A stretch of DNA of 64,000 bases from Candidatus Saccharimonadota bacterium (GCA_016187125.1 JACPKF010000001.1:302178-366177); one strand, 5' to 3'. Numbered from the stretch's first letter, positions 29,853 to 39,706 are shown. The notes: generated from the sequence alone by a model not told the origin. A program made the numbers and translations.

Positions 29853-31256
29853 TTATATGCAGCAACTTAGCTTGGACACATCCTGCGTAAATGACATAGC
29901 GACTAATTTAATAGCTTCGGACATTGTTGGGAATACAGGCAGCATATTTGTTAAATCGTCTATAGTATTCTTGTTTTTAATTAGCACCATTGCCTGGGCA
30001 ATCAAGTCTCCAGCATTTGGGGCGAGTATATGCACACCCATAATCACCTTAGTTTGCGGGTGGATTGCCATTTTAATAACACCTTCTGTTCGTTTGGTTA
30101 TCAATGCTTTGGGCAACTTATCAAAAGTAACTGTGCGGCAGGCACAGACCTTTAGTTCTGCCATTTGTCTGTCTTCGGTATAGCCAACCGAGGCCAGCTG
30201 CGGGTCTGTAAAGACCGCGTAAGGCACGATGTTGTAGTCTATAAATTTACCAGAACCGTTGAGGGCATTTTCTACGGCATACGTGCCTTCACGGCCAGCC
30301 GTCGTTTCCAGCCGCAGCGGTAAGTTAGTCACATCGCCAGCAGCATAGATGTGAGGCTGTGAGGTCTGTAGTGTTGGCTGAGTAACGATAGCTTGCTTAT
30401 CGTCAACTTGAATGCCAGCTACTACTAAGTTCAGTTCAGCTGTATTTGGCGTTTTGCCAGCCGCCAGTAGTATTTCATCTACGTCTATAGGGTGTTCGCC
30501 AGATGTATCATTGTAAAATACTGTCTTCCTGCCATTCTCAGTTGTAACTTTAGTAACTTTGACTCCAGTCTTTATGTTGATACCTTCACTCCCTAGTATC
30601 TGACTTAACTGCTGAGTCAAAACAGGCTCGGCATTAGGCATAACAGAGGTTGCTCTTTGCAAGATGGTTACTTGACTACCAAAACGAGCATACAGCTGTG
30701 CCAATTCTAAGCCTACCGGCCCTGCTCCAATAACCGCCAGCCGTTTGGGAATTGTGTTGAGCCGCATGGCTTCTATGTGAGTTATGTAGCCAGCTTCAGC
30801 TAGCCCCTCAATCTTTGGCAAGGTGGCTGTTGAGCCAGTAGCGATGATGAACTTAGCTGTCTCTAGGTTTTGTTCACCTACTTTAATCTGATTGCTGGAC
30901 ACAAAGCTGGCTTTACCTTTTATGTAGGTTACGTTGCCCAAGTCCCTAAGCACTTGTTCGTATTTCTCTGTCCGCAATTTTTCAACTAGCGCCAGTTCGT
31001 CCGCCACAACAGCGGCATAATCAGTGGCCTTTACAGCTAGTTTAATGCCTGGCACGCCGTGATGTTTAGCGGTATACACTAACTCGGCAGCGTGCAACAG
31101 CGTTTTTGAAGGCACGCAACCAACGTTTACACAGGTGCCGCCCAGCGGCAGACCATCATTAACAAAAGCCGTTTTAGCTCCTAGCTCGTTGGCTTTAATA
31201 GCTGCGGCAAAAGCTCCGGCACCGCCGCCGATGATAACAAGATCAAAGTTACTCAT
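29853..31256 (-). CDS. merA: Mercuric reductase lacking the NmerA domain
   Basis: GGTCVNVGCVPSK redox motif and C-terminal vicinal Cys (LSCCI); start MSNF. Confidence 0.88.
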   Translation of the reverse strand: MSNFDLVIIGGGAGAFAAAIKANELGAKTAFVNDGLPLGGTCVNVGCVPSKTLLHAAELVYTAKHHGVPGIKLAVKATDYAAVVADELALVEKLRTEKYEQVLRDLGNVTYIKGKASFVSSNQIKVGEQNLETAKFIIATGSTATLPKIEGLAEAGYITHIEAMRLNTIPKRLAVIGAGPVGLELAQLYARFGSQVTILQRATSVMPNAEPVLTQQLSQILGSEGINIKTGVKVTKVTTENGRKTVFYNDTSGEHPIDVDEILLAAGKTPNTAELNLVVAGIQVDDKQAIVTQPTLQTSQPHIYAAGDVTNLPLRLETTAGREGTYAVENALNGSGKFIDYNIVPYAVFTDPQLASVGYTEDRQMAELKVCACRTVTFDKLPKALITKRTEGVIKMAIHPQTKVIMGVHILAPNAGDLIAQAMVLIKNKNTIDDLTNMLPVFPTMSEAIKLVAMSFTQDVSKLSCCI

Positions 31257-31650
31257 GGTGATGACCCCCTGATTTTTTACTAAATTGTCTTTTGTTAAAA
31301 ACAACAGCTACAATTACAGTAACAGCCCCTGGGGCCCATATCTGCCAGCCGCCAAAACCAGCGCCGCCAAATACATAGCGGCCCAGATAGAGCAATACTC
31401 CACCGACTATCAGTAACAATAGGGGGTACGGATCTCTATGTGAGCGGTAATCAAAAGCAAAACCCACAAGACTCAGAGCGAGTAATAGAGCAATAACCCA
31501 CCGCCACACTGGAATAAGGGCACCTAGACCAAGATAGGTAAGTAGTGAAGCGGAACCCAGCCAACATAAAGGACAGGCTCCTACAGCGCCTGCGCCCAGA
31601 ATCGGAGCTAAAGGGGCTAAAGGATTTTTTGGACTTGAACTCATTGACAC
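31249..31650 (-). CDS. MerC/MerT-like Hg transport membrane protein
   Basis: N-terminal CPLC, several TM helices, overlaps merA. Confidence 0.7.
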   Translation of the reverse strand: MSMSSSPKNPLAPLAPILGAGAVGACPLCWLGSASLLTYLGLGALIPVWRWVIALLLALSLVGFAFDYRSHRDPYPLLLLIVGGVLLYLGRYVFGGAGFGGWQIWAPGAVTVIVAVVFNKRQFSKKSGGHHHE

Positions 31651-31668
31651 TAGCCTTTCCTGGTCAGC

Positions 31669-31986
31669 TTATACACTAAGCAATTCCTTTAATTCACTGC
31701 TAAAACCAGCCTGATTGAGAGAATAAAAAACGGTTTGGGCTTCTTTTCTGGTTTTAACCAAATTAACAGCCCGCAATTTGCTAAGACTGTGCGAGGTATT
31801 AGAAACCGACGTACCGACTAGCTCGGCAATGACCGTAACGCTAAGTTCAGGATGATGGCGAAGTAGGTAGCAAATCTTGAGTTTTGTAACATCGCCAATC
31901 ACCCCGCACTGGCGAGCACATAGTCCAATCGCCTCGTTATCTTGCAGCTCCTGCTTTAATCGTTGAGTATTTGAACGCATATTCAA
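31669..31986 (-). CDS. ArsR/SmtB-family regulator
   Basis: wHTH with SHSLSKLR and VFYSL; palindrome TTTGAA-CGCATA-TTCAAA over the start. Confidence 0.85.
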   Translation of the reverse strand: MNMRSNTQRLKQELQDNEAIGLCARQCGVIGDVTKLKICYLLRHHPELSVTVIAELVGTSVSNTSHSLSKLRAVNLVKTRKEAQTVFYSLNQAGFSSELKELLSV

Positions 31987-32140
31987 ATACTACTATTGCG
32001 TGTTTAGTTTGTAAATGACTTTCTTGTTTCAAATGCATGGATGATTGCGGCTTCTTTTGTTCTTCACACCAAAGAGCACGTTTTTCGTCGGTCTTTTCGT
32101 CCGGGCAGTAGGACCATAGTCTACGAATTGTCTACTCAGT

Positions 32141-32623
32141 TTATTCTACACGGCTCTCTATCAAGTTTAGGCCTATATAGCTTTCAAGCATCAAGATAAG
32201 GTAAGCGGCGTTGCCATACACAAATGACATACCAATAAACCATAAGAGGTAGCTGTCGTAGATTGGATCTTTCAGTATTTTATAAATGCCTTTGTGCGAA
32301 ATCTTTCCACGACCAAACAAGTTGCCGTTCGTTAGCGATTGAACACCTATTTCATGCAGGGCCATCATAAACACTCCAAAAGCCATCAAAAGCAGCACGT
32401 AACCTACAATTGGCAACAAATAGAAATTTATCCCGTAGTGGCCGTTCAAACTTACGAATAAATATATAAAAGCAATCCAAGCCGGCACTATGACAGCACT
32501 ATGGATTAACCAGCCATTTTGCCAGCGATTATAGTATTTATAGCGTCTTTGGGCATAAACACTAACCGAATTTATTGCTACCGCCAGTGCAAAAACCAAA
32601 CAAGTCAGAATAAAATAGATCAT
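32141..32623 (-). CDS. PEMT/isoprenylcysteine-methyltransferase-like membrane protein
   Basis: TM helices plus GIYKILKDPIY. Confidence 0.6.
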   Translation of the reverse strand: MIYFILTCLVFALAVAINSVSVYAQRRYKYYNRWQNGWLIHSAVIVPAWIAFIYLFVSLNGHYGINFYLLPIVGYVLLLMAFGVFMMALHEIGVQSLTNGNLFGRGKISHKGIYKILKDPIYDSYLLWFIGMSFVYGNAAYLILMLESYIGLNLIESRVE

Positions 32624-32985
32624 TTTTTTAAACTTTTCTCGTACTCAAGATGTGTACCAACCCGAATCAGTTTGATAACACGAATGATCCGGAGTCCTCT
32701 AAGTAACTGAGCGAAAGTATATGGCAAGGGTATGGCGGCCAGCAGATAAAACCAGTTACTCTTGACGTAACCCCTTTTATTGGTTGTTAACTCTAGCTCA
32801 AGTACAAATTCTCCAATGAAAATAAGCCCCACAGTCACATCGAAAACATCGAGCGCTCTTAACTGAGCCGTGGAAAGATAGCCCAGTTGCTCAATCGCCA
32901 AAAATACCAAACTCAATGCTGCCAAAGTAAGGATTAAGCACTCCTTGGCGTATAGGAATTCTTTTAGTCTTTTGTTTTGTTTCAT
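32620..32985 (-). CDS. Stand-alone voltage-sensor-like (ion transport) membrane protein
   Basis: S4-like LRGLRIIRVIKLIR. Confidence 0.65.
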   Translation of the reverse strand: MKQNKRLKEFLYAKECLILTLAALSLVFLAIEQLGYLSTAQLRALDVFDVTVGLIFIGEFVLELELTTNKRGYVKSNWFYLLAAIPLPYTFAQLLRGLRIIRVIKLIRVGTHLEYEKSLKK

Positions 32986-33051
32986 TTCTTCCTGTCCTGC
33001 TAACAGCTTACTGCAGCTCCATATTAACCGCCATTTATTTTTTGCGTTTTC

Positions 33052-33480
33052 TTAGTATTTTCCTGCGGGCTGAACGTCTCGCAGTTTTTTACTGAGTAAA
33101 TCCATGAGATCGGATAAACCAGTTGTGCTCTTGAACTCGTCGCTGCTTATAAGCATAGTGATAGAGCCGTTTTGCTCTAAGATTATAGCCGGAAAAGTAA
33201 TATTTTGGTCGGAATAGGCCCGGCTGAACTCATCACGATGCATAAAGATCGATGGCATGCCTAGATTGACCACATATTGTTTCCATAATTTATTCATCGT
33301 TGCACCACTATAAGTCATCATGCACAGTTTACAGGGATATGTTTTTGGGCTGACTGTTTTACGGGCCAAATCTAGCATAGAGTGCATAAATCCACCCTTG
33401 GCATTGTAGACAAAAATAAGTTTTGACCCACACTTATTAATCGCCTCAGTCCCCAAAACTGCAAGATCATACTCCTTCAT
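33052..33480 (-). CDS. Hypothetical protein with CxxC
   Basis: LIFVYNA...YPCKLCMMTY. Confidence 0.65.
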   Translation of the reverse strand: MKEYDLAVLGTEAINKCGSKLIFVYNAKGGFMHSMLDLARKTVSPKTYPCKLCMMTYSGATMNKLWKQYVVNLGMPSIFMHRDEFSRAYSDQNITFPAIILEQNGSITMLISSDEFKSTTGLSDLMDLLSKKLRDVQPAGKY

Positions 33481-33481
33481 C

Positions 33482-33865
33482 TCAGGTCTCGACTTTTTCT
33501 ACATGGCAATGGCAGCCAAAAGCCACATAATTATGAATGTTCCTATTAACGGCTTTAGCTGACTTTGCTACCGGATAAGGATAAGTCCAGGCTTCGTCTT
33601 TATGCCACTTTTTAGCTTTACCTACGTCAAAATGTAGCTGTTTTTTGCCAAATGGATAGCTCAAGAGGGGGCGTAAAAAGCTGCGGTCAATAGATTCCGG
33701 CGGAAAATACCAATTCCCGTCTCTGTGAACAAGCTCCTGCTGGGGTGCTTCGGCGACAACATGGCCGTTCCAAATAGCCTTAAGTAACTTTTGTTGCTTC
33801 GCATCTTCCCTGTGCCAGCCCTCGTATTTTGCTAATAAGCCTTTTATCAAAAGATTCTCCTTCAT
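33482..33865 (-). CDS. DUF427-like protein
   Basis: AIWNGHVVAE...DGNWYFPPESI, AWTYP. Confidence 0.65.
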   Translation of the reverse strand: MKENLLIKGLLAKYEGWHREDAKQQKLLKAIWNGHVVAEAPQQELVHRDGNWYFPPESIDRSFLRPLLSYPFGKKQLHFDVGKAKKWHKDEAWTYPYPVAKSAKAVNRNIHNYVAFGCHCHVEKVET

Positions 33866-33871
33866 TTTTAT

Positions 33872-35227
33872 TCATGCCACCGAATAAAAAGCTCGCTGCA
33901 CCCATTCCGACAGTGCCGGATGGGCATATACGGCTTTTGTGATGGCATTGGTTTTACCAGTTGCGTTCATAGCAATAACAATCTCATGGATAAGCGTGGT
34001 AGCATCAGGCCCGACTATGTGACCGCCTAAGATCTTATCCTCCTTACCGACTAATATTTTTACCAGGCCATTGTCTTGGAGAGCACTGCCCATACCAGTA
34101 TTTTTAAGTTCATACTTGCCGACTTTATAGTTGATGCCTTTCTGTTTCAACTCATCTTCGGTATAGCCAACTCCGGCTACTTGCGGCGAAGAAAATACGG
34201 CGTGCGGAATTTTGCGGTAATCAACAGTTTCTTTTTGGCCAAAAAAGGCGTTGTGGATTACGGGGCCGACCTGGTCGTTAGCGACATGTTTAAACGGCAT
34301 TAGACCGGTGATATCACCAAAGGCCCAAATGTCTTCAACATTCGTCTCAAAGTAATCATTAACCTTTATATAGCCCTTTTCGTTAGTCTCGATATTGCTG
34401 GCTCTAGCATCTAAGATATCGGCGTTAGATCGAATACCTGTAGCTATCAACAATTGATCGGCCGTAATTACCTCATCGCTATCTTTAAGCTTAATTTTAG
34501 TATTCTTACCTTCTTTATAAAGGCTTTCGGCCTCGGTTCGAAAACGGATGTCATAGCGCTTAGAAAACTCGTCAGTAAACCACCTGGCAATTTCGGAGTC
34601 TTCGTTTCTAATTAAAACTTCATCGCGTACTAGCATGGTTATCTTGGTGCCAAGCGCGCCAAAGAAGTGGGCCAGTTCAGCCGAAATGTAACCGCCGCCA
34701 ATAATTACTAGATGCTCGGGTTGTTTTTGCAGGCGCAGGGCTTCTTTACTTGTCAAATATGGGACACTGTCTAGGCCGTTAATCGGTGGAATAACAGCTC
34801 GCGCGCCGCCGGCAATAATTATTTTATCGGCCGTAATTGTTTCATCATGGACTTGCAACAGTTTTTTACCAATAAACTTTGACTTGGTTTTATAGTGTGT
34901 AATGTATGAGCTTTGGCGGATGCCTGTCTCAATCTGCCGGGCGGCGTTGTCGACATAATCTGATACATGTTTAACAATGGCCGAAAAATCAATCCCCTGA
35001 ATGGTGGCTTTAATGCCAAATTTACGACTGCTATTTATTGTGTCGGCGACATCGGCACTATGAATCAGCATTTTGGAGGGGATGCAGCCTCGATTTAAGC
35101 AAGTTCCACCCATCGGCCCCTCTTCAACCAAAGCCACTTTCATACCCTTGCTGGCGGCAAAAGATGCTACATCGAGGCCGCTGCCAGCCCCAATTACCAA
35201 GACATCAAAGCTTTTTACGGCTTTCAT
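33872..35227 (-). CDS. Pyridine nucleotide-disulfide oxidoreductase (Lpd/mycothione-reductase-like)
   Basis: GGTCLNRGCIPSK, HPALSE. Confidence 0.88.
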   Translation of the reverse strand: MKAVKSFDVLVIGAGSGLDVASFAASKGMKVALVEEGPMGGTCLNRGCIPSKMLIHSADVADTINSSRKFGIKATIQGIDFSAIVKHVSDYVDNAARQIETGIRQSSYITHYKTKSKFIGKKLLQVHDETITADKIIIAGGARAVIPPINGLDSVPYLTSKEALRLQKQPEHLVIIGGGYISAELAHFFGALGTKITMLVRDEVLIRNEDSEIARWFTDEFSKRYDIRFRTEAESLYKEGKNTKIKLKDSDEVITADQLLIATGIRSNADILDARASNIETNEKGYIKVNDYFETNVEDIWAFGDITGLMPFKHVANDQVGPVIHNAFFGQKETVDYRKIPHAVFSSPQVAGVGYTEDELKQKGINYKVGKYELKNTGMGSALQDNGLVKILVGKEDKILGGHIVGPDATTLIHEIVIAMNATGKTNAITKAVYAHPALSEWVQRAFYSVA

Positions 35228-35364
35228 GAGATTGTTTAGCTCTGTTTAGCTTCTTTTTCATTCTTTTTCTTAACAGACATACGCTGTTTGATGTGTTTTA
35301 AGGGCTTTTTCATTTGGGCGCTGCAAATTTGGCACTTCATTATTTTCTCCTCTTCTTAAGTTCT

Positions 35365-35580
35365 TTACAGATGCTGGCCGTGAGCTTTGTGAGTGTGTTC
35401 ATCAAGCTCCTGCTTGGTGGTGAAAGTTGCGGCGCACATCGGACACTTGAATTCAGCCGTCTCATTGTCGTGGCCGACATGTTCATCAGCATTGGCATGA
35501 TCGGCCATTTTATGTTTATGCAACTCGTCTTCCGTATCGAACCTCGCACTGCACATCGGGCAAGTTGTTGATTGATCCAT
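35365..35580 (-). CDS. Small protein with two C2H2 zinc-finger-like motifs
   Basis: CPMC-x12-H-x4-H twice; AAAGGAG Shine-Dalgarno. Confidence 0.75.
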   Translation of the reverse strand: MDQSTTCPMCSARFDTEDELHKHKMADHANADEHVGHDNETAEFKCPMCAATFTTKQELDEHTHKAHGQHL

Positions 35581-35680
35581 AATTACTCCTTTATTAAACA
35601 CATTATTTTGCTTTAAGCTAATCTGTCTATCTATCCCTATTCGATATAACCTCCTCTCCCCTTAGTTTATTTGGCCGTAC

Positions 35681-35932
35681 TTACGCCAGACCTAAAACTT
35701 GGTCGAAGCGTGGTTTGTCAAAGCCGAGGATCTTTTCTTCTCGTCCATCATCAAACACAATATGTGTGCAAGGCACACCCATTGAATTACAAACATGCAT
35801 AGCCTCGACTGCCTTTTCTGGTTGTTCATCGAGTAAGACTTCTTCATAGACAATCTTTTTGCTCTTTAGGTAGTTCTTGAGCATGTTGCAGTACGGGCAT
35901 GTCTTGGTACTATAGATCTTAATTTTTGGCAT
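35681..35932 (-). CDS. Glutaredoxin-like protein
   Basis: TCPYC, GVP, ILGFD. Confidence 0.9.
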   Translation of the reverse strand: MPKIKIYSTKTCPYCNMLKNYLKSKKIVYEEVLLDEQPEKAVEAMHVCNSMGVPCTHIVFDDGREEKILGFDKPRFDQVLGLA

Positions 35933-35993
35933 ATATCCTCCTTTAAGCTAGCGTTTAGTTTATTTAGGAAAAATCAAAATTATGTAAATTTTT

Positions 35994-36359
35994 TTATTGT
36001 CTTGCAGATGGCCTCATCATGGCGCCCAAGCGAATCGGCATCATAAACAGCACAATTAAAATAGCCACTAATGACGAAAAAATACCAGTCAAAATCTTAC
36101 CAACCCCCACTAGTTTTAACCGAAGTAGCTCTGACGGATAGTTTTGAATTTGGGCCAGCTGGTTATTCAGTTCGGATCCAGTTGGCGCTGAGTCGCGGTC
36201 TGCTTTACTAAGACTGTAGTAACTGGTCTGTAACTGGTGGAATCTCGCCTCCTGAGGCGCTACTTGTTTTTGCATGACATAGCCCTGTCCAGCAAAGATA
36301 ATGCCGGCAATGGTTAGAGCCATAACGATCATGATTATTGGTATCATTTTCTTGTCCAT
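35994..36359 (-). CDS. Hypothetical two-TM membrane protein
   Basis: Two hydrophobic helices; AAGGAG Shine-Dalgarno. Confidence 0.7.
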   Translation of the reverse strand: MDKKMIPIIMIVMALTIAGIIFAGQGYVMQKQVAPQEARFHQLQTSYYSLSKADRDSAPTGSELNNQLAQIQNYPSELLRLKLVGVGKILTGIFSSLVAILIVLFMMPIRLGAMMRPSARQ

Positions 36360-36498
36360 ATTATTCTCCTTATTATTTTCATTCTTACTTTCTTAGTTAC
36401 ATATTTCAGTTACCTAATTTAGGCATAGGATAATCATTTGATTTGTCACTAGCATTGAAAGTTGCAGTTTGGGCACATATTTATCCTCCTTTTTACAT

Positions 36499-36813
36499 CT
36501 ATTGCATAAAACAATTAACCAGTTTTTTAACTAAAGTATGGTCTTTCTTGAGCACGTAGCAGATCATCTTGCCGTAGCGACGCTTGTCTACTAATCCCAC
36601 TAGTTCAAATATCCGAAAATGTTGTGAAGCTGCAGGCACAGAAATTCCAACTTTGTCGGCAACCTCACTGACGCAAAATTCCTCTTTAGATAAGAGAATT
36701 TTGAACATTTTGTAACGAGTCCTATCGCCCAGTAGCTGTAAAACATTAACTAGTTGCTCTTCGCTTCTTGTCAAAGTCATTGGTCTTTTAAGACTTGTTT
36801 TCATATTAATCAT
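36499..36813 (-). CDS. ArsR/SmtB-family regulator
   Basis: EEFCVSE...ASQHFR; palindrome TTAAGCAAATACTTAA just upstream. Confidence 0.85.
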   Translation of the reverse strand: MINMKTSLKRPMTLTRSEEQLVNVLQLLGDRTRYKMFKILLSKEEFCVSEVADKVGISVPAASQHFRIFELVGLVDKRRYGKMICYVLKKDHTLVKKLVNCFMQ

Positions 36814-36882
36814 TTAAGCAAATACTTAAATTAATGTCAATGGCAAATTGGTATGCTTATCACAAAAGCTTAAATCCAGCGC

Positions 36883-37827
36883 TCAGTTTTTAGCGCTGGC
36901 TGCAGGTTTTTGAATCTTTTGTAGAGCTAGCTTTTTAGCGTCTTTGGCAATCAAGTAAATAGTGCCTGTTAGTAACAGCGCCCCAAAAATCTGCGAGGTA
37001 GTGAGGCCTTGATGCAACCAGACGTAACCGACAAAGACGGCCGAGGCCGGCCAAGCCAGTTCTAAAACCGCAGCCCGTGAAGCCAAAACTCGCTTCAAGC
37101 CAAAATAGTAAATCATTAGTGCTACTAAACCAGTAGAAAAAGTAATGGCCGCGATGTATTTGAATTGACTAAAAGTTAGAGCGCCTAACGAGCCAGTACT
37201 GCCCGATAAAACCACAAACAACAGGGCGAAAATAGGTGTAATCCCAAAGCGGGCGGCCGTGATGTGCAGCGATGAAGTATCTTTTAGAGCATACCGGGAA
37301 AAGGCCGTGGAAACGCCCCAGCTAGCCGCTGCTCCTACGGCAAACAAAGCGGCTATGAGCGTTCCCTTACCCGTGGATAGGTTCACGCTCAGGTCCGGGA
37401 AGGAAACCAAGTAAGCTCCTAAAAGAGCAACTGCGGACAAGCCAAAAAACTTTTTAGTTAAAGGTTCATGAAGCAATGCGGCAGCGGCGCCAATCGCAAA
37501 GATTGGATTGAGCTGTTGCAGTAGCACCACGACCGAGAACGGAATGAAATTAATTCGGCCCAGAGCCGCGGTATAAAGGATTGTGCCAACGGCGCCCGAC
37601 AAAAACGACACGCCGATAATTGCCAGCCATTGTTTACGGGTAAGTTTTTTAAAAGCCCTGTAAGAAGCAATGATAATTGGCGCTAGTAGTACAACCCCAA
37701 AAACATGCTCCCAAAAAACTATTACCGGTGCCGGCAGACTATATAAATGTCGGCGCAACAGGCCGTCCAAGCTCCAAAGAAGCGCGGCCAAAACCACAGC
37801 ACCAGAACCATACTTAATATATTTCAT
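36883..37827 (-). CDS. EamA/DMT-family transporter
   Basis: About 10 TM helices in two repeats. Confidence 0.85.
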   Translation of the reverse strand: MKYIKYGSGAVVLAALLWSLDGLLRRHLYSLPAPVIVFWEHVFGVVLLAPIIIASYRAFKKLTRKQWLAIIGVSFLSGAVGTILYTAALGRINFIPFSVVVLLQQLNPIFAIGAAAALLHEPLTKKFFGLSAVALLGAYLVSFPDLSVNLSTGKGTLIAALFAVGAAASWGVSTAFSRYALKDTSSLHITAARFGITPIFALLFVVLSGSTGSLGALTFSQFKYIAAITFSTGLVALMIYYFGLKRVLASRAAVLELAWPASAVFVGYVWLHQGLTTSQIFGALLLTGTIYLIAKDAKKLALQKIQKPAASAKN

Positions 37828-37865
37828 CGAGTATCCTTTCTGTCCTTTTCAAGACACCCCCTACC

Positions 37866-38025
37866 TTTTCAGATAAGAAGTCCCGACTATACGGTCGGCG
37901 CATGAGTTTCACATGCTCGTCCCCACCCAATTTGTTGAATCAAATTGGGAAACCCAAATTTCATAAATCTGGGTGGGGTTGATGACTATCACATCCGATT
38001 GGCGAATTTCACGCCACCCTGGAAA
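37866..38025 (-). promoter_or_regulatory. FMN (RFN)-riboswitch-like RNA, variant
   Basis: AGGG-TGGC GTGAAATTC GCCA-ATCG-GATG TGATAGT CATC-P4-GA-GCATG TGAAACT CATGC-GCCGA-CCG TATAGT CGG-GA upstream of the EamA gene. Confidence 0.8.
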
Positions 38026-38199
38026 TTTAATTGTGAATATATTTATCTTACCACGCCACGCTTTAGTTTGTTGCGACGTGGTACGGCTTTACGAAGCCGC
38101 TAGAACTTACTTTATAGCAATAGGTATTCCCTCCACATCTGCACTTCAGGATTCAGTGCGGGGCAGGCCTCCGACCCTTTGTTCCGATCCCGCACCTTT

Positions 38200-38276
38200 T
38201 GGTACCCCCTGAGGGATTTGAACCCCCGGCCTCATCGTCCGAAGCGATGCGCTCTGATCCGCTGAGCTAAGGGGGC
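38200..38276 (-). tRNA. tRNA-Arg(TCG)
   Basis: GCCCCCT...CATCG-CT TCG GA-CGATG...AGGGGGTACCA. Confidence 0.93.
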
Positions 38277-38375
38277 ACAAAAAGGTGCGGGACCAATCCA
38301 CTGCCTGTCCGCCACAGTCCGCCTTGACGGACGTCGGCGGAAGCTACGGGCGCACACAGGTCTCATTTTAACAGA

Positions 38376-38885
38376 TTAGGGTGAGTTAATCTCTTGTAGT
38401 TTCTTGTCCACAAATTTCGTGGCTTGAGCTACATCGTGGTCTTTAGGGATATGAATAAAGCCAAATTTAACGTCTTTGTTATTTTTGAGAAAATCTAAAA
38501 TTACGTACATGGAAAAATTGCAGACATATTGGCCCCCGTTATAGGAAACCCAAGAACTGCTGTCTTTTTTGAGCTTCAGGCTAACTTTTATTTTTGAGGG
38601 TCCAGCTCTTAAAATGGTCTGCGGCTTATCTTGTTTATGAAGCTTCCAGAGGTTAAGGGCTTGGCGTTCGATCCGAATTTTATTGCCTCGTGGATATTGG
38701 CCAAGTCCGATTATCAAATCAGGAGCAATGGCTTTTACTTTTTTTAGAAACATTTCCCTGTCAAATCGTACCGGAAAAACAACCCTTATCAAATTCCGGC
38801 GTTTTTTGATATTAGCTAGAACTTCTTGGCTAATATTACTAGGCCGCTTTCCCCACGGTTTAAATGCGTATACTAAAACTTTCAC
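38376..38885 (-). CDS. pcp: Pyroglutamyl-peptidase I family
   Basis: IER, GQYVCN, GFIHIP. Confidence 0.85.
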   Translation of the reverse strand: MKVLVYAFKPWGKRPSNISQEVLANIKKRRNLIRVVFPVRFDREMFLKKVKAIAPDLIIGLGQYPRGNKIRIERQALNLWKLHKQDKPQTILRAGPSKIKVSLKLKKDSSSWVSYNGGQYVCNFSMYVILDFLKNNKDVKFGFIHIPKDHDVAQATKFVDKKLQEINSP

Positions 38886-38903
38886 TTTCCGAGGTTGAAA
38901 TTA

Positions 38904-39473
38904 TCAGCTGCTCTTGATTTCGTCCGAGCTAGAACTATCCGGGGCGATGAGTTTGTTGGGTAGCTTAAGAATATTCTTTTCGGTTTGGGAAAGCGTCAGC
39001 TGCAAAATTTGCAGGACGCTTTTAGCATGCTCGCGACTCATGCCGATTTTGGCTACTACCGCCGGCTGGGTGCCTGAACCGGTGTTCTGCATAAAGTTCA
39101 TTACAACCCCGTAATTATTGACAATCACATCAACTATATCGGTAAACAAAACGTGATCATTGTTGCCCGCTGCCACTTGGTTATCCAGAGTGCTGGCGCT
39201 GCCCATATGCGACATGGGGATTTTGCTCATATTATAACCAGCCAGATCCCAGAGTTTAATCGCTTCGTCGTCCTTTACGCCAAAGTGACTAAGCAGTAGC
39301 AGTAGCACGTCTTCGCTGGGCCGAGCTTGGCCAAGTTCAAAACTAGCCAGCTGGCGGACATCAATTTCTACGGCTCCGGAGGCCTCGGCTAAAGTTTCAT
39401 TAATTTGACCACGCAGCTCTTTGAGTCGTCTGCCGAGGGGTTTAAACGGACTTGAGGCTTGAGGTTTATCCAT
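38904..39473 (-). CDS. XRE-type HTH protein with C-terminal domain
   Basis: LGRRLKELR...LASFELGQARP; ATG 39473 preferred. Confidence 0.8.
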   Translation of the reverse strand: MDKPQASSPFKPLGRRLKELRGQINETLAEASGAVEIDVRQLASFELGQARPSEDVLLLLLSHFGVKDDEAIKLWDLAGYNMSKIPMSHMGSASTLDNQVAAGNNDHVLFTDIVDVIVNNYGVVMNFMQNTGSGTQPAVVAKIGMSREHAKSVLQILQLTLSQTEKNILKLPNKLIAPDSSSSDEIKSS

Positions 39474-39578
39474 CCCGTTAGAACTCACTCAACTTCCGCA
39501 CCTTTGTTAAGGATTGAACACGTGTGCTTACTTCAACGTATTGATAAATATTGTAGGTCTTTTGAGGTCTAACGGAAT
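39472..39578. mobile_element. ATCCCGTTAGA-TIR element, copy C
   Basis: Same length (107 bp) and homologous interior to copy A, inverted. Confidence 0.8.
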
Positions 39579-39635
39579 CCATGTACTACCATTTTACTAC
39601 ATCTAACCAACTGCTGGGTATAATGAAACTGATGG

Positions 39636-39706
39636 ATTCTATTAGAGATAAGTATTTTATAAAAATCTGCCGATCTACGGTCAGAAGATCGGACTTCTAA
39701 CGGGAT
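39636..39706. mobile_element. ATCCCGTTAGA-TIR element, copy D (degenerate), at the murB start
   Basis: ATTCTATTAGA...TCTAACGGGAT(G). Confidence 0.55.

Noticed and set aside
36449..36478. 9-aa MCPNCNFQC ORF with a strong Shine-Dalgarno in the redox island
   Set aside because: Too short to support; could be a truncated remnant.
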